Assembly: GCA_016934515.1 (NCBI GenBank)
Contig: JAFGSR010000009.1
Span: 2,375 to 66,374 of the forward strand
Direction of reading: 5' to 3'
Source: Sedimentisphaerales bacterium
Lineage (GTDB): Bacteria; Planctomycetota; Phycisphaerae; Sedimentisphaerales; SM23-30
DNA length: 64,000 nucleotides
Below are positions 18,052 through 27,607 of the stretch, piece after piece. The position numbers and the translations under genes are program-made. The notes beneath the pieces were generated by a model. It was not told the DNA's origin and did not search any database. It worked only from the letters and a program-made list of their open reading frames with translations. Numbering within the stretch: position 1 is the first letter of the stretch; each line of letters starts with the position of its first letter.

Positions 18052-19086
18052 ATGCCTGAAAACCAGAGGCCATCCGAAAAAGTTGAAAAGCAGTGCGGTG
18101 AATTTCGAGACATGTTTACCAAACTGCATGGTGAAATTTCCCGGGTAATTGTCGGTCATGACGATATTATCGACAACACTCTAATCTGCTTGTTCTGCGG
18201 CGGTCATGTTCTGCTCGAAGGTGTTCCCGGGCTGGGTAAAACCCTGCTGGTTCGCACGTTGAGTTCCGCGTTGTCATTAGAGTTCGGTCGGATTCAGTTC
18301 ACTCCCGATCTCATGCCGGCTGACATCATCGGCACCAACATTGTCATGGAAGACCAAGCTACGGGGCGACGCAGATTTGAGTTTCAGAAGGGTCCCATCT
18401 TCGGTCAGATTATCCTCGCGGACGAAATCAACCGTGCCACTCCCAAGACCCAGTCCGCCATGCTGGAAGCTATGCAGGAATGCTCAGTCACTTCCGGTGG
18501 CACAATTTATCAACTTCCGCAGCCTTTTATCGTGCTGGCCACTCAGAATCCCATCGAACAGGAAGGCACTTATCCGTTGCCGGAAGCGCAGCTTGACCGT
18601 TTCTTTTTCAAATTGCTCGTGCCCTACAGCAATCGCGAAGAATTACGCACCATTATCGACCGCACGACCACTGCTGAAACTCCCCAGGCTAAACCCGTTA
18701 TCAACGCCGAGCAGATAAACTCTGCGCGGGAGTTGGTCAAGCGGGTTGCGGTTGCCGATCATGTTCAGGACTACGCTATCCGACTTACGCTGGCCACTCA
18801 TCCTCAGGGTGAATTCGCTCCCGAGATTACCAACAAATACATCCGTTTTGGCTCCTCGCCTCGTGGTGTTCAGGCGTTGATCCTGTCCGGTAAGGTCCGC
18901 GCGATGCTCGATGGTCGCTATCATCTCAGTTTCGCCGACATTGCTGATTCATTTTTGCCGGCTGTTCGCCACCGCATTTTGCTAAACTTTGAAGGTCAGG
19001 CCGAGGGCATCTACAACGACGATATTCTCCAGCAAATCCTTAGCGAAATCCCGAAATCGGCTGAACAGTCGCTTAACGTGCCATAA
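18052..19086 (+). CDS. MoxR-family AAA+ ATPase
   Basis: Walker A GVPGLGKT, Walker B ILADEINRA, TPKTQSAMLEAMQE, QNPIEQEGTYPLPEAQLDRF. AGGAGG RBS 7 nt upstream. Confidence 0.92.
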   Translation: MPENQRPSEKVEKQCGEFRDMFTKLHGEISRVIVGHDDIIDNTLICLFCGGHVLLEGVPGLGKTLLVRTLSSALSLEFGRIQFTPDLMPADIIGTNIVMEDQATGRRRFEFQKGPIFGQIILADEINRATPKTQSAMLEAMQECSVTSGGTIYQLPQPFIVLATQNPIEQEGTYPLPEAQLDRFFFKLLVPYSNREELRTIIDRTTTAETPQAKPVINAEQINSARELVKRVAVADHVQDYAIRLTLATHPQGEFAPEITNKYIRFGSSPRGVQALILSGKVRAMLDGRYHLSFADIADSFLPAVRHRILLNFEGQAEGIYNDDILQQILSEIPKSAEQSLNVP

Positions 19087-19237
19087 AATTGTTGTAAACC
19101 ATGCGAACCATACAAACCTTTAAACCGTAATAAAAGGAGAAAGCCTTATAAGCCCGAAATTATCTGGGCTGTTATAGCAGCCAGAATGTCCGATTGAACG
19201 GTCGGCATTAACAGTGGTTTTTATAAGGATAATCAGA

Positions 19238-20212
19238 ATGGCAAATTCAACTGCCAAAACTCAACCGCGTATTACCGATCTACTGGACCCGGGTTTCATG
19301 GCCCGGCTGGATGCGCTCGATTTGCTCAGTCGAAAAATCCTCCAGGGTAAGCTCCAGGGACAACGTCGTTCCAAACGTCGCGGCCAGAGTGTCGAGTTTG
19401 CCGATCATCGTCCTTATGTTGTCGGTGATGATTTGCGTTTTGTGGACTGGAATATTTACGGTCGGCTTGAACAGTTATTTCTTAAATTGTTCCTGGAAGA
19501 GCAGGACCTCACCGTGCACATCGTCATGGACGTCAGTGCCTCGATGGATCCGCCGGCTTCACCTTCCTCACCATTATTCTCCGGGAAAACCAAGGATCAG
19601 CCGGCGGATAAAATTTCCAGCAATTCCAAGGCCGTGTTCGTTAAAAAATTGACGGCTGCTCTAGGTTATGTCAGCCTGGTTAACAACAACCGCGTAACTA
19701 TCAGCTCTTTTTCCAGCGGAGTTCAACGTCAACTTCCCAACATGCGCGGCCGCAATTATTTGGCGCAGATGGCGGAATTTCTGGTTACTGAAAAATTCGA
19801 GCGGCCTACAAATTTCGACCAGACCTGCCGACAACTAGCCGCGGGGCGCATCGGCAGCGGCATCATAATTATTTTGTCCGACTTTTTTTTCAAAGAAGGG
19901 TATGATTCCGGTCTGCGGCGAATGATTTCGCCAAAATACGATATTTACGCCATCCAAATCCTTTCTCCCGATGAACTCAATCCCAAGTTGACCGGCGATT
20001 TGCAACTGCTCGACGTTGAAGATGACGACACCGCCGAAATCACCGCCAGCAGTGCTTTGCTGAAATATTACCAGAAAAATCTCGCGGCCTATTGTAACGA
20101 ACTTAAGGATTTTTGTACTCGCCGCGGTGCGACTTATGTGTTGGCGAATTCCGCTGAGCCTGTCGAAACTCTCGTGCTCAACTATCTCCGCCTAATCCGA
20201 CTGATACACTAA
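19238..20212 (+). CDS. DUF58 (VWA-like) protein, MoxR partner
   Basis: G.S.EF...R.Y..GDD.R..DW. motif (RRGQSVEFADHRPYVVGDDLRFVDWN), then DVSASM. The position directly after MoxR is typical. Confidence 0.85.
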   Translation: MANSTAKTQPRITDLLDPGFMARLDALDLLSRKILQGKLQGQRRSKRRGQSVEFADHRPYVVGDDLRFVDWNIYGRLEQLFLKLFLEEQDLTVHIVMDVSASMDPPASPSSPLFSGKTKDQPADKISSNSKAVFVKKLTAALGYVSLVNNNRVTISSFSSGVQRQLPNMRGRNYLAQMAEFLVTEKFERPTNFDQTCRQLAAGRIGSGIIIILSDFFFKEGYDSGLRRMISPKYDIYAIQILSPDELNPKLTGDLQLLDVEDDDTAEITASSALLKYYQKNLAAYCNELKDFCTRRGATYVLANSAEPVETLVLNYLRLIRLIH

Positions 20213-20375
20213 AATAAATACAACCTGGCAGGCAACAAATTGCTCCCGAAAAAAATAAGGACCCGAAAAAAGTAATGAAATGGTTTTTGAAACGTCAATA
20301 ACTTAACAGGTTTTATGAGGTTTTCTAACGCCATAATCGTTCGGGATCAATAATCCCGCTAAAGATGAGATTATT

Positions 20376-22433
20376 ATGCAGTGGCTAACTCCTACAATCG
20401 CACTCTACGCAGCCTCAGTTGCGATTCCGCTTTTGCTGTTGATGTATTTTCTCAAGCTCAAGCGTCAGCAGCACTTCGTTTCCAGTACATTGCTCTGGAA
20501 ACGAGCGGTTCAGGACCTGCAGGTGAACGCTCCTTTCCAGAAAATCCGCCGCAATATTCTACTGCTGCTTCAGATGCTGGCGATTTTGGCTGTGCTGCTG
20601 GCCCTGGCTGGTCCGCTGCTTTCGCTAAACACCACTACGGCTGACCGCCATGTTCTGCTCATCGACCGCTCCGCCAGCATGAAAACCATCGAAAACCAGA
20701 CCACCCGTCTGGAGCTCGCCAAGAAACAGGCCCGCAACTACATTGAATCCCTTCGCAGTCGTGATGTATTCACTTTTCAGGACACTTCTGACCAGGCCAT
20801 GATCATCACTTTTGATAACCAGGCTAAGGTGATGTGCAATTTCACCTCCGACAAGCGACAACTGCTAGCTGCTATCGACAGCATTACCCCCACCGATGCC
20901 GGTTCTTCAATTGCCCAGGCGGTAACTGTCGCTCGCGCTTTCGCCCAGTCCCCCGGAGAGGACAACGTCAATTTATCCGTCAGCAATCCCGCTCAACTAG
21001 TTCTGTTCAGCGACGGCCAAATAAGTGATGCTGAAAAGATTACCATCGGCCCCGATGAAATGATTTTCAACTGTCTGGGCACTTCCGCCGATAATTTTGC
21101 TCTGACTGCTATGCAGGCCCGTCGCTCATACGAAAATCCGGATGAACTTAACATCTTTGCCACGGTTGCCAACTTTTCTGATTCCGCCAGGACAATCGAC
21201 ATTCAACTCGCACTGAATGATCAGGTTCGCGCCGTAAAATCGGTAACCGTCGATCCTCTCAGGCAGGATCCCGCCATCGGCAGTGACCTCCCCGGCAAGG
21301 TGTCTGTCAGCTTCACCCTGAACGGTGTCGAATCCGGCCTGTTGGAAGTCCGACAACTGAAGAAGGATTCGCTCAGCGCCGACGATGCCGCATGGGCAGT
21401 GGTTTCTCCGCCCAAAAGAATTACGGCACTGCTGGTTACCAAGGGCAATCCGCCTCTGGAAACTGCTTTGTCAAGTTGTCCCCTGGCAGCTTTGGACACC
21501 TGCCTGCCCGGTGAGTTCAATGCTAAATTCAATCTTAATTCCAACAGCGGCACTAATGATAATTCCAACGACGACTCCAATACTGATTCCGACGACAATA
21601 CCTATACTAATTCCAACTTAAACCAGACCGATTCATTACCTAAAAATTACGATATTATTATCCTGGATAAATACGTTCCCGAAAACCTGCCTCGGGCACG
21701 ATACCTCGTTTTCGGCCGGCCGCCCAGTGATCTGGGTGTTACTGCCGACGAGCTTATCAAAAACCAGTTTATCGCCGACTGGCGACCCCAGCACCCGGTT
21801 CTCAAATACGTCAACCTTAACAACGTCTTTGCCACCGATTCCCTGAAATACACCTTGCCCCGCGATGCTGAAATCCTTGCCGAATTTAACGAAGCTCCCG
21901 CTATCGTACTGCTGCGGCGACATGGCAGCGTCTTTTTGCTGGTGGGATTCGATGTTATGGAATCCAACTGGCCTTTTGAACCGTCGTTCGTTTTGTTTTG
22001 CTACAACGCTGTAAATTTCCTGGCACTGGAATACAACCAGGATCAACAATACAATCTACCCGTATCCAAACCAGTTACCATCGAAAATCTTCCCCCCGAA
22101 ACCATTGCCCGGATTTCAGTGCCCAACCTCCCGGAGCAAGAAATCATCATTGGTGATTCCGGGGTACTACGTTACTCCGCCACCGAACGCGCTGGTATTT
22201 ACGTTGTCGAAATCCCAGACCAGCCCCCCCGTTATTTTGCGGTGAACCTGTTGAACGAAAACGAAAGCAATATCAATCCACAAAAGGAACTGACTTTCAC
22301 CGGCTTAACATTGCAGGCGCGTGATGAATCACTCTCATTGGCCAATTTACCTTTGTGGCCTTACCTGGTTGCTTTTGCCTTATTCATTGCCGTGCTGGAA
22401 TGGCTGGTTTATATTAAAAAAGTTCGCTTATAA
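20376..22433 (+). CDS. BatA-like membrane protein with VWA domain
   Basis: N-terminal TM pair with the L.LKR motif typical of the BatA N-terminal domain. VWA MIDAS-like LLIDRSASM. N/D/S-rich linker. C-terminal TM helix. Confidence 0.8.
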   Translation: MQWLTPTIALYAASVAIPLLLLMYFLKLKRQQHFVSSTLLWKRAVQDLQVNAPFQKIRRNILLLLQMLAILAVLLALAGPLLSLNTTTADRHVLLIDRSASMKTIENQTTRLELAKKQARNYIESLRSRDVFTFQDTSDQAMIITFDNQAKVMCNFTSDKRQLLAAIDSITPTDAGSSIAQAVTVARAFAQSPGEDNVNLSVSNPAQLVLFSDGQISDAEKITIGPDEMIFNCLGTSADNFALTAMQARRSYENPDELNIFATVANFSDSARTIDIQLALNDQVRAVKSVTVDPLRQDPAIGSDLPGKVSVSFTLNGVESGLLEVRQLKKDSLSADDAAWAVVSPPKRITALLVTKGNPPLETALSSCPLAALDTCLPGEFNAKFNLNSNSGTNDNSNDDSNTDSDDNTYTNSNLNQTDSLPKNYDIIILDKYVPENLPRARYLVFGRPPSDLGVTADELIKNQFIADWRPQHPVLKYVNLNNVFATDSLKYTLPRDAEILAEFNEAPAIVLLRRHGSVFLLVGFDVMESNWPFEPSFVLFCYNAVNFLALEYNQDQQYNLPVSKPVTIENLPPETIARISVPNLPEQEIIIGDSGVLRYSATERAGIYVVEIPDQPPRYFAVNLLNENESNINPQKELTFTGLTLQARDESLSLANLPLWPYLVAFALFIAVLEWLVYIKKVRL

Positions 22434-22506
22434 AACGTACCTTATGAAAACTGAAATCATTCAGCTCCGGCTTTGAGATGAAACTGATAAGATAAGAGGT
22501 TTTGCT

Positions 22507-24747
22507 ATGAAACAAATGAAGTTTTTCACGATTCTGGTCTTAGTGATTTGCTTTTGCGGTACTGCAGTCGCCGAAAAACCGGAATACAACGTTGATATCT
22601 TTATCGGTTGGAACGGCTGCTTTCGCCCGCTCGAATGGACGCCTGTCGAAATCGGTATCGGCAGCAATCTTACCGAACCGCTGGCCGGACAGATATTAAT
22701 ATCCGCTCAGCAGGATGAGCTTAACGTCATGAACATCTCCCAGGATTTTGTGCTCCAACCTGACCTGCCCCTGCATCTGCCGATGGTTACCAAGCTGGCT
22801 TTCGCCGCCGACAAATGCCGCCTGCGTCTGGTGAACCAGAACGGCAAAACCTTATGGAAACACGATCTTGACCTCTGGGATTACTCCGACGAGAATCGTT
22901 ATCTTAAGGCCGTCGAAAAAAACGATCTGCTTATCGGTGTGATCGGTCCTCGAAAATTCGGTCTGACCCGCCTGGCGAAAAACACCTCCTGCTGTATTCG
23001 ATATTTCGATCCGGATGACGCCCAAAAAACGCGTGGACAACAAATCGGCCAGGTCTATCTCGAAGAAAAGCTGCCCGCCATGGCTCCCTGGGACTGGACC
23101 GGGTACGTCTCTGTTGACCTGCTCATCCTCTACAATCCGGATTGGCAGGGTTTCCGCATTCAACAACTGAACGCTATCGCTCAGTGGGTGTCCAACGGTG
23201 GAAAATTACTTGTTGTTTTGGCAGACAATCCAGTGCCGCCTAAAAATCCCCTTGCTCAACTGCTGCCCGCCAACATCCAGTCCGCTCGCCAGGGGCAGAT
23301 ATCCCCCGGTCTGCTCCGCCAGTGGTCCCTCGATCCCCAACAAAGCGAATCTGTTACCTGCTGGCCTTTGACACCCAAGCCCGATGCAAACTTTAGCCGC
23401 ACTCAAAAAAACACCCAGGGGCAAACTCTATTCTGCCAAGCATATCGCGGTTTCGGTCGGGTCGGCGTCATCGCCTTTGACCCCGCCCAAATGTCCGAAA
23501 AACAACAAAGCCATGCCGGACAATTCTGGACCAGTCAAATCGCCGCCATCCTGGAAGATTCTGCTATCGACTATGCTGATGCTCCCACCCCGAATAATGA
23601 TGAGAAATCTCAAAATTACTATGGCAGACAAACCTTCCATCAGAAGCGTTCCATAATCTACACCCCTGAAAGTGAAAAAACCCCCGGCGAAGAAGATGAA
23701 AATCAATATTACGACAGTTCTTCTTACAGACTCGGTTTTGCACAAATAGGCAGCAACGCCATTATGGAACACCTCTACAGTATCTCCGAAATGCGTCCCT
23801 TGAGCATCTGGTGGGTCATTCTCCTGCTTACCTTGTTGGCTCTGCTGCTCGGTCCGATTGATTACAAATTCCTCAAAAGCCGCGGTAAACTACCCCTTAC
23901 GTGGCTGACCTCAACCTTCTGGATTATCGTTTTCTCGGTCGGTGCCTATTACGGTATCCAGGCTATCCGCGGTGGTAAGATGCAACTTCGTACGGTATCC
24001 GTAATTGACGGCATCAAAAACTCAGATCACAACTGGAGCACTTCCTACACCGGTTTGTTCGCCCCTTTTAGTGAAAACTATCAGTTTGAAAATCTCCAGG
24101 AGCAACAATGGTGGTCAGGTATTTCACCCGCTCAGGACTATCTTTACCTCCACGACCACGGCGTCGGCAGCCGCAACATCTTTTGTCGACAGGTTGACGG
24201 ATCGAACCTGCCCACTGCGCTGCCCGTTAATATCTGGTCCATGCAAACCCTGCTCAACGAATCACCCCTGGACCAGATGCCCATTGATGCATCACTGACA
24301 AAACAGCAAAATCAATGGACCCTTACCATTATCAACCTTTCCGACCACCCGGTTAAAAATGGTTACGTTCTGATGGATAATAATCAAATTATTCCCTTCG
24401 AAAAGGTGCCGCCACACACAACCATAACCTTCAACAATAATATCGTCACCGATAATCCCTGGGCCAAACCCTTTGGAACGAATGGAACTCATGAATATAA
24501 CTCCTTCGAACCTACCCCAAAAATATCTTCCAAAAACGAAATAGCCTTCTTTGCCCGCGGCATCCTGCAACGCACCGAAGCCATCCAGGCCTATCTTGCT
24601 CACGGGGCCGCTGTCGTCTGCGCCGAATTCGAAAACGCTCCCACGCCTTTCCAGGTTAAAGACTATGCCTGTGAATACAACCATATACAAATAGCACGCT
24701 TAATTATATTTCCCTTAAGCCTTGATGAGGTAACCAAAAATGATTGA
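22507..24747 (+). CDS. Hypothetical exported/membrane protein (746 aa)
   Basis: Signal peptide, about 420-aa extracytoplasmic region, two central TM helices and about 250-aa C-terminal domain. The stop overlaps the ABC ATPase start by 8 nt. Confidence 0.7.
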   Translation: MKQMKFFTILVLVICFCGTAVAEKPEYNVDIFIGWNGCFRPLEWTPVEIGIGSNLTEPLAGQILISAQQDELNVMNISQDFVLQPDLPLHLPMVTKLAFAADKCRLRLVNQNGKTLWKHDLDLWDYSDENRYLKAVEKNDLLIGVIGPRKFGLTRLAKNTSCCIRYFDPDDAQKTRGQQIGQVYLEEKLPAMAPWDWTGYVSVDLLILYNPDWQGFRIQQLNAIAQWVSNGGKLLVVLADNPVPPKNPLAQLLPANIQSARQGQISPGLLRQWSLDPQQSESVTCWPLTPKPDANFSRTQKNTQGQTLFCQAYRGFGRVGVIAFDPAQMSEKQQSHAGQFWTSQIAAILEDSAIDYADAPTPNNDEKSQNYYGRQTFHQKRSIIYTPESEKTPGEEDENQYYDSSSYRLGFAQIGSNAIMEHLYSISEMRPLSIWWVILLLTLLALLLGPIDYKFLKSRGKLPLTWLTSTFWIIVFSVGAYYGIQAIRGGKMQLRTVSVIDGIKNSDHNWSTSYTGLFAPFSENYQFENLQEQQWWSGISPAQDYLYLHDHGVGSRNIFCRQVDGSNLPTALPVNIWSMQTLLNESPLDQMPIDASLTKQQNQWTLTIINLSDHPVKNGYVLMDNNQIIPFEKVPPHTTITFNNNIVTDNPWAKPFGTNGTHEYNSFEPTPKISSKNEIAFFARGILQRTEAIQAYLAHGAAVVCAEFENAPTPFQVKDYACEYNHIQIARLIIFPLSLDEVTKND

Positions 24748-25666
24748 AACCAAAAACCTTACCAAACACTATGGCGATCTGGCTGCCCTGGTCAACCTGA
24801 ACCTGAATATTCAGACCGGTGACATTTTCGGTTTCATCGGTCCTAACGGCGCCGGTAAGACAACCACCATGCGTATCCTGGCCACGTTGCTTGAACCAAC
24901 CTCGGGCCAAGCCTTTATCGACAGCTACGACGTTACCAAAGCCGGTCAAAAGGTCCGCCGCTGCGTCGGCTATATGCCGGACTTCATGGGTGTTTATGAT
25001 GATCTGAAAGTTTTTGAGTATTTGGAATTTTTCGCTGCCGCTTTCAATATCGAACGCAAAAAAAGAAAATCTATCGTCGAAGGCGTCCTCGAACTTACCG
25101 ACCTCCAATCCAAAAGCACCACCGCAGTTGACAGTCTGTCCCGTGGTATGCAGCAAAGACTCGGACTGGCCCGGGTGCTTATCCACGATCCCAAAGTGCT
25201 CATTCTGGATGAGCCCGCCAGCGGCCTGGACCCGCGCGCCCGCATCGAAATTCGTGAGCTGCTGCGTGAATTGAAACGCATGAACAAAACCATCATGATC
25301 TCCAGCCACATTCTCAGCGAACTGGAGGAAATCTGCAACCAAGTGGGCATCATCGAAAGCGGCAAACTGGTCTTTAGCGGGACCATGGACGAAATCAAAC
25401 AACGCATGGGTATCCTAAGCAGGGTTAAGGTCCGCGTCGCCGACCAGCCACAACAGGCTGTGGAGTTGCTCATTGCCCTGCCCCAGATCCAAAACGCCAC
25501 CATCGTTGGCGACCATATCGCCGTAACCTTCAACGAAGGTGCCGATGGAGACGGCATCATCGCCCGCACCCTGGTTTTGGGTAACATTGACGTTATCTCG
25601 CTGGAACCCGAACAGCTAAAACTTGACGACGCGTTTCTGCAACTAACCAAAGGAATCGTCAACTAA
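24740..25666 (+). CDS. ABC transporter ATP-binding protein (ABC-2 type)
   Basis: Walker A GPNGAGKTT, signature LSRGMQQRL, Walker B LILDEPASGLD, H-loop SSHIL. Confidence 0.93.
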   Translation: MIETKNLTKHYGDLAALVNLNLNIQTGDIFGFIGPNGAGKTTTMRILATLLEPTSGQAFIDSYDVTKAGQKVRRCVGYMPDFMGVYDDLKVFEYLEFFAAAFNIERKKRKSIVEGVLELTDLQSKSTTAVDSLSRGMQQRLGLARVLIHDPKVLILDEPASGLDPRARIEIRELLRELKRMNKTIMISSHILSELEEICNQVGIIESGKLVFSGTMDEIKQRMGILSRVKVRVADQPQQAVELLIALPQIQNATIVGDHIAVTFNEGADGDGIIARTLVLGNIDVISLEPEQLKLDDAFLQLTKGIVN

Positions 25667-25732
25667 ACCGAATCAACATTGACTGAACCGGATTAATTTT
25701 GAAATCGTTCGACGTTAACAGGTTGCTTCATA

Positions 25733-27523
25733 ATGGCGCAAATCATAACCAACATCATCGCCCGCCTTAATCCGGCCGCACTAACCGGGCCTATTTTCGA
25801 AAAGGAACTCCTTGTCTCCAGCCGGCGAAAAAGAAACTATTACCTTCGCTTTGTTTATTTAGCTCTTTTGACCATCTTTGTCGGTTACACCTGGTACAAT
25901 ATCGTCGGAGAATTCAGCAACGATTCTGCCGTTTACCGTGCGTCACACATGGCCGAGGCCGGCATTGCCATTACCGCCACTATCGTCTGGTCCCAGTTCA
26001 TCATGATTCAGCTCGTGGCTGTTTCGCTATTGTCCGGTGCCATCAGCGACGAAACCAACAGCCGCACACTCGGCGCACTCATGACCACCCCCATTAGCTC
26101 ACTGCAAATTGTCCTGGGCAAACTCTTCAGTCGATTGCTCCAGCTTTTTCTGCTCCTGGCACTTAGCCTGCCAATCCTGGCCATCGTCCGTGTCTTGGGC
26201 GGTGTACTCTGGGGCTACATCATTTCCAGTCTCTGCATCACTTTCACCGCCATGCTTTTGGCCGGCTCACTCAGCCTTTTATTTTCTATCGACAGCAAAA
26301 AATCTTCCCAGGCATCTGGTGCGGCCCTGGCAACTTTATTTATTTTTTATGGCTTGATACCCTTATTACTCACTTGGCTGATTTTCGAAAATCACCTGTC
26401 GCAAAACTTCCTGGATTATTTTCTCTGTCTGACTAATCCTTTCTACGTCCTAACCTTCAACACCGGCATAATGTTTTCCACAGGTGCTGCTGTCCCGATC
26501 ATTCCCTGGTGGGTGCATTGTCTTTTTTCGCTGGGTGTTTCCGTTGCCATTCTCGCTTTCGCGACGGTGCGAGTTCGCAAAGCGGCCCTAGCCCAGCTTT
26601 TCGGTAAATCAAAAAAATCCAGAAAAAAGCTTCTCGCTGCCCAATCCTCCAACTCATCTGGCTTGCCTTCCAAACGCTCTGATAAAATCAGCCACGTCAA
26701 AGGCCATCCAATCGCCTGGAAAGACCTCATCACTTTCACTCGCAAGCAAACCAAAACTGCCACCAACCGTATCGCAGGGGGAATGGTTCTCATTGGTGCG
26801 CTGTCTTTATATGCTCTTTGCTTTGCCAAAGGATGGTTCAAGGAAGAAGTCTGTCAGTTCGCCTATATTCTGGTTTACATGGTCGTCCTGATAATTTGCA
26901 ATGCCACCATGGCCGCTGAATCCATTACTTCCGAAAAAGAATCACAAACCTGGCCCCTGCTGCTGAACACTTCTCTGACTGACTGGCAAATCATTTTTGG
27001 CAAATATCTCGGTGTGTTGCGCCGCTGCCTGCCAATTTACATTTTACTCGCTGCCCATTTGTTGTTGTTCACCCTGCTTGGCTATATTCACCCGTCCGCA
27101 TTGTTTCATCTGCTCCTGATAGTAATCGGTATCTTTGCCTGGTTTGCCGGATCCGGAATGTTTTTCAGTACCCTAACCAAAAAAACCTCCACCGCCATTA
27201 GTCTGACTATTTTCCTGTCTCTGATGCTGGGTCTCTTTATTCCTATTTGCGGTGGAGTGGGAACGAATGGAGACGCTGCTGAAGTATTATTTTCTGCCAA
27301 CCCACTCGTCCAAACTGGCGTTGTCTTAAATGAAACTCTCGGCGAACGAAATGTTCGTAAACCAGTAAGCCATCTTCGCTACGAATGGCCCACTGACAAA
27401 TACAATTTCAGAGAAACTACATTAATAATTTCTCCATCGACTTTTTTCTATCTCGTTGCCGGATTTTTCTTTACTATCTTTGCCCGAGGCAGCTTGCGTC
27501 GGAACATTTTCGCAAAAACCTAA
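25733..27523 (+). CDS. Internally duplicated ABC-2-type permease, paralog 1
   Basis: About 12 TM helices. Both halves carry an ABC-2 permease signature (ISDE.NSRTLGALMTTPI...I.GK and ITSEKESQTWPLLLNT.L....I.GK). Conserved N-terminus LTGPIFEKEL..SSRRKRNY. Confidence 0.8.
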   Translation: MAQIITNIIARLNPAALTGPIFEKELLVSSRRKRNYYLRFVYLALLTIFVGYTWYNIVGEFSNDSAVYRASHMAEAGIAITATIVWSQFIMIQLVAVSLLSGAISDETNSRTLGALMTTPISSLQIVLGKLFSRLLQLFLLLALSLPILAIVRVLGGVLWGYIISSLCITFTAMLLAGSLSLLFSIDSKKSSQASGAALATLFIFYGLIPLLLTWLIFENHLSQNFLDYFLCLTNPFYVLTFNTGIMFSTGAAVPIIPWWVHCLFSLGVSVAILAFATVRVRKAALAQLFGKSKKSRKKLLAAQSSNSSGLPSKRSDKISHVKGHPIAWKDLITFTRKQTKTATNRIAGGMVLIGALSLYALCFAKGWFKEEVCQFAYILVYMVVLIICNATMAAESITSEKESQTWPLLLNTSLTDWQIIFGKYLGVLRRCLPIYILLAAHLLLFTLLGYIHPSALFHLLLIVIGIFAWFAGSGMFFSTLTKKTSTAISLTIFLSLMLGLFIPICGGVGTNGDAAEVLFSANPLVQTGVVLNETLGERNVRKPVSHLRYEWPTDKYNFRETTLIISPSTFFYLVAGFFFTIFARGSLRRNIFAKT

Positions 27524-27607
27524 AGAACTCAGCATTTTGCATAACCGCTCAGGCTTAACAAAGCCCAAGATTACGAACTGTTGCAACCGGGCAAAAAAAC
27601 TGTAACA

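Noticed and set aside
20325-20352. CGCCATAATcgttcgGGATCAATAAT as a possible dif site near the skew switch
   Set aside because: Only the XerC-like arm resembles the consensus, and the XerD arm matches about half its positions. This is too weak to call without a genome-wide scan.
21532-21633. N/D/S/T-rich segment in the BatA-like gene, considered as a DNA repeat
   Set aside because: It is a low-complexity protein linker without a clear nucleotide repeat unit.
24704-25662. Minus-strand ORFs (24704-25402, 24994-25662) opposite the ABC ATPase
   Set aside because: The ATPase has perfect Walker A, signature and Walker B motifs on the plus strand. The antisense products have no recognisable features.
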